NCBI GenBank assembly: GCA_965223265.1
Contig: OZ244999.1
Span: 1,696,001-1,760,000, forward strand
Length of the DNA: 64,000 nt
Source of the DNA: Planctomycetota bacterium
GTDB taxonomy: Bacteria > Planctomycetota > UBA8108 > SXIK01
Reading direction: 5' to 3'
Notes under the pieces: model-generated
The model's input: only the letters and a program-made list of their open reading frames with translations
What the model was told of the DNA's origin: nothing
The model's database searches: none
Shown: in pieces, positions 63,228 to 64,000 of the stretch
How positions within the stretch are numbered: the stretch's first letter is position 1
How the letters are laid out: each line of letters begins with the position of its first letter
Program-made: the position numbers and the translations under genes

Positions 63228-64000
63228 TCAACCGAGCGCGCGCCGCAGTTCCTCGCCGATGCGATCGATCGCAACCCGGGCTCGCTTGAGCGCATGCGTC
63301 TGGCGAATGAACCCGTGATGCATGCCGTCGAAGCGTTCACAAGCAACCTGCACGCCGGACTGTTGCAATCGCTCCGCGTACGCTTCTGCCTCGTCGCGCA
63401 GTGGGTCGTACTCGGCGCTCAGAATGTAGGCCGGCGGTAGTCGACTGAGGTCTTCCGCCCGATACGGGGACAGATAGGGGTGCGAAGCATCCTCCGGCGA
63501 CGACACGTACTGTTCAAAGAACCACTGCATGCCTGCGCGTGTTAACCCATATCCTTCGGCGTTCTCGTTGTAAGAGGGTCGAGTGAAGTCGGAGTCGGTG
63601 ATTGGGTAGATGAGAACCTGAAAGGCGAGTGCGGGGCCACCACGATCGCGCGCCATGAGCGCAACGACCGCGGCGAGGTTGCCGCCGGCGCTGTCGCCGG
63701 CCACGACGATGCGCTCGGGGTCGACTTGAAGAGCTCCAGCGCGCTCGTGTGTCCACACGGTGGCGGCGAACGCGTCGTCGACGGCAGCAGGAAACCGATG
63801 CTCCGGCGCGCGGCGATAGTGGACCGAGATCACCACACTGCTCGCGACGTCGGCGAGTTCGCGACAGAGGCCATCGTGCGTGTCGATGTCGCCGCACACC
63901 CAGCCACCACCGTGAAAGTAGATGATGGCCGGGAACGGGCCGCTGCCGCGTGGCGTGTAGACACGCACTGGAACCGAATTCGCCGGCCCTGGAGCCTCCG
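63228..64000 (-). CDS. Alpha/beta hydrolase (HSL/Aes-like esterase), 5' end beyond the window
   Basis: HGGGW, YRRAPEHRFP, GDSAGG, DPLRDE, HGF motifs. Confidence 0.93.
   Translation of the reverse strand, partial: EAPGPANSVPVRVYTPRGSGPFPAIIYFHGGGWVCGDIDTHDGLCRELADVASSVVISVHYRRAPEHRFPAAVDDAFAATVWTHERAGALQVDPERIVVAGDSAGGNLAAVVALMARDRGGPALAFQVLIYPITDSDFTRPSYNENAEGYGLTRAGMQWFFEQYVSSPEDASHPYLSPYRAEDLSRLPPAYILSAEYDPLRDEAEAYAERLQQSGVQVACERFDGMHHGFIRQTHALKRARVAIDRIGEELRRALG

Noticed and set aside
1-64000. Prophage, defence island, retron/DGR or intact transposon
   Set aside because: No integrase, transposase, reverse transcriptase, nuclease or phage structural motifs were recognised, and there is no evident compositional island.

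Overview
GC-rich bacterial chromosomal DNA, very probably from a Planctomycetota genome. The inference rests on a DUF1549/DUF1553-type planctomycete cytochrome protein, a DUF1501 protein, a planctomycete-style C-terminal dockerin, an ECF sigma factor fused to carboxypeptidase-regulatory-like domains and many Tat substrates. About 40 CDSs are present, mostly secreted or periplasmic catabolic enzymes and envelope proteins. They include a GntR(YtrA)-ABC operon with its operator, a 2,500-aa sugar-dehydrogenase/diheme/PA14/MBG surface protein with a recent 891-bp internal duplication, two glycosyltransferases followed by a TPR-C39-like peptidase, a broken ECF-sigma fusion gene, a Tat-pseudo-SDR/active-SDR pair, a non-canonical ketol-acid reductoisomerase homolog, an octaheme cytochrome and a TonB receptor-tonB pair. 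No rRNA, tRNA, CRISPR array, integrase or transposase was seen. The main non-coding structure is a dispersed family of intergenic hexamer-periodic repeats at four loci, one of which is a tandem 128-bp unit ending in an IS-end-like motif. All assignments come from motif reading without database searches.
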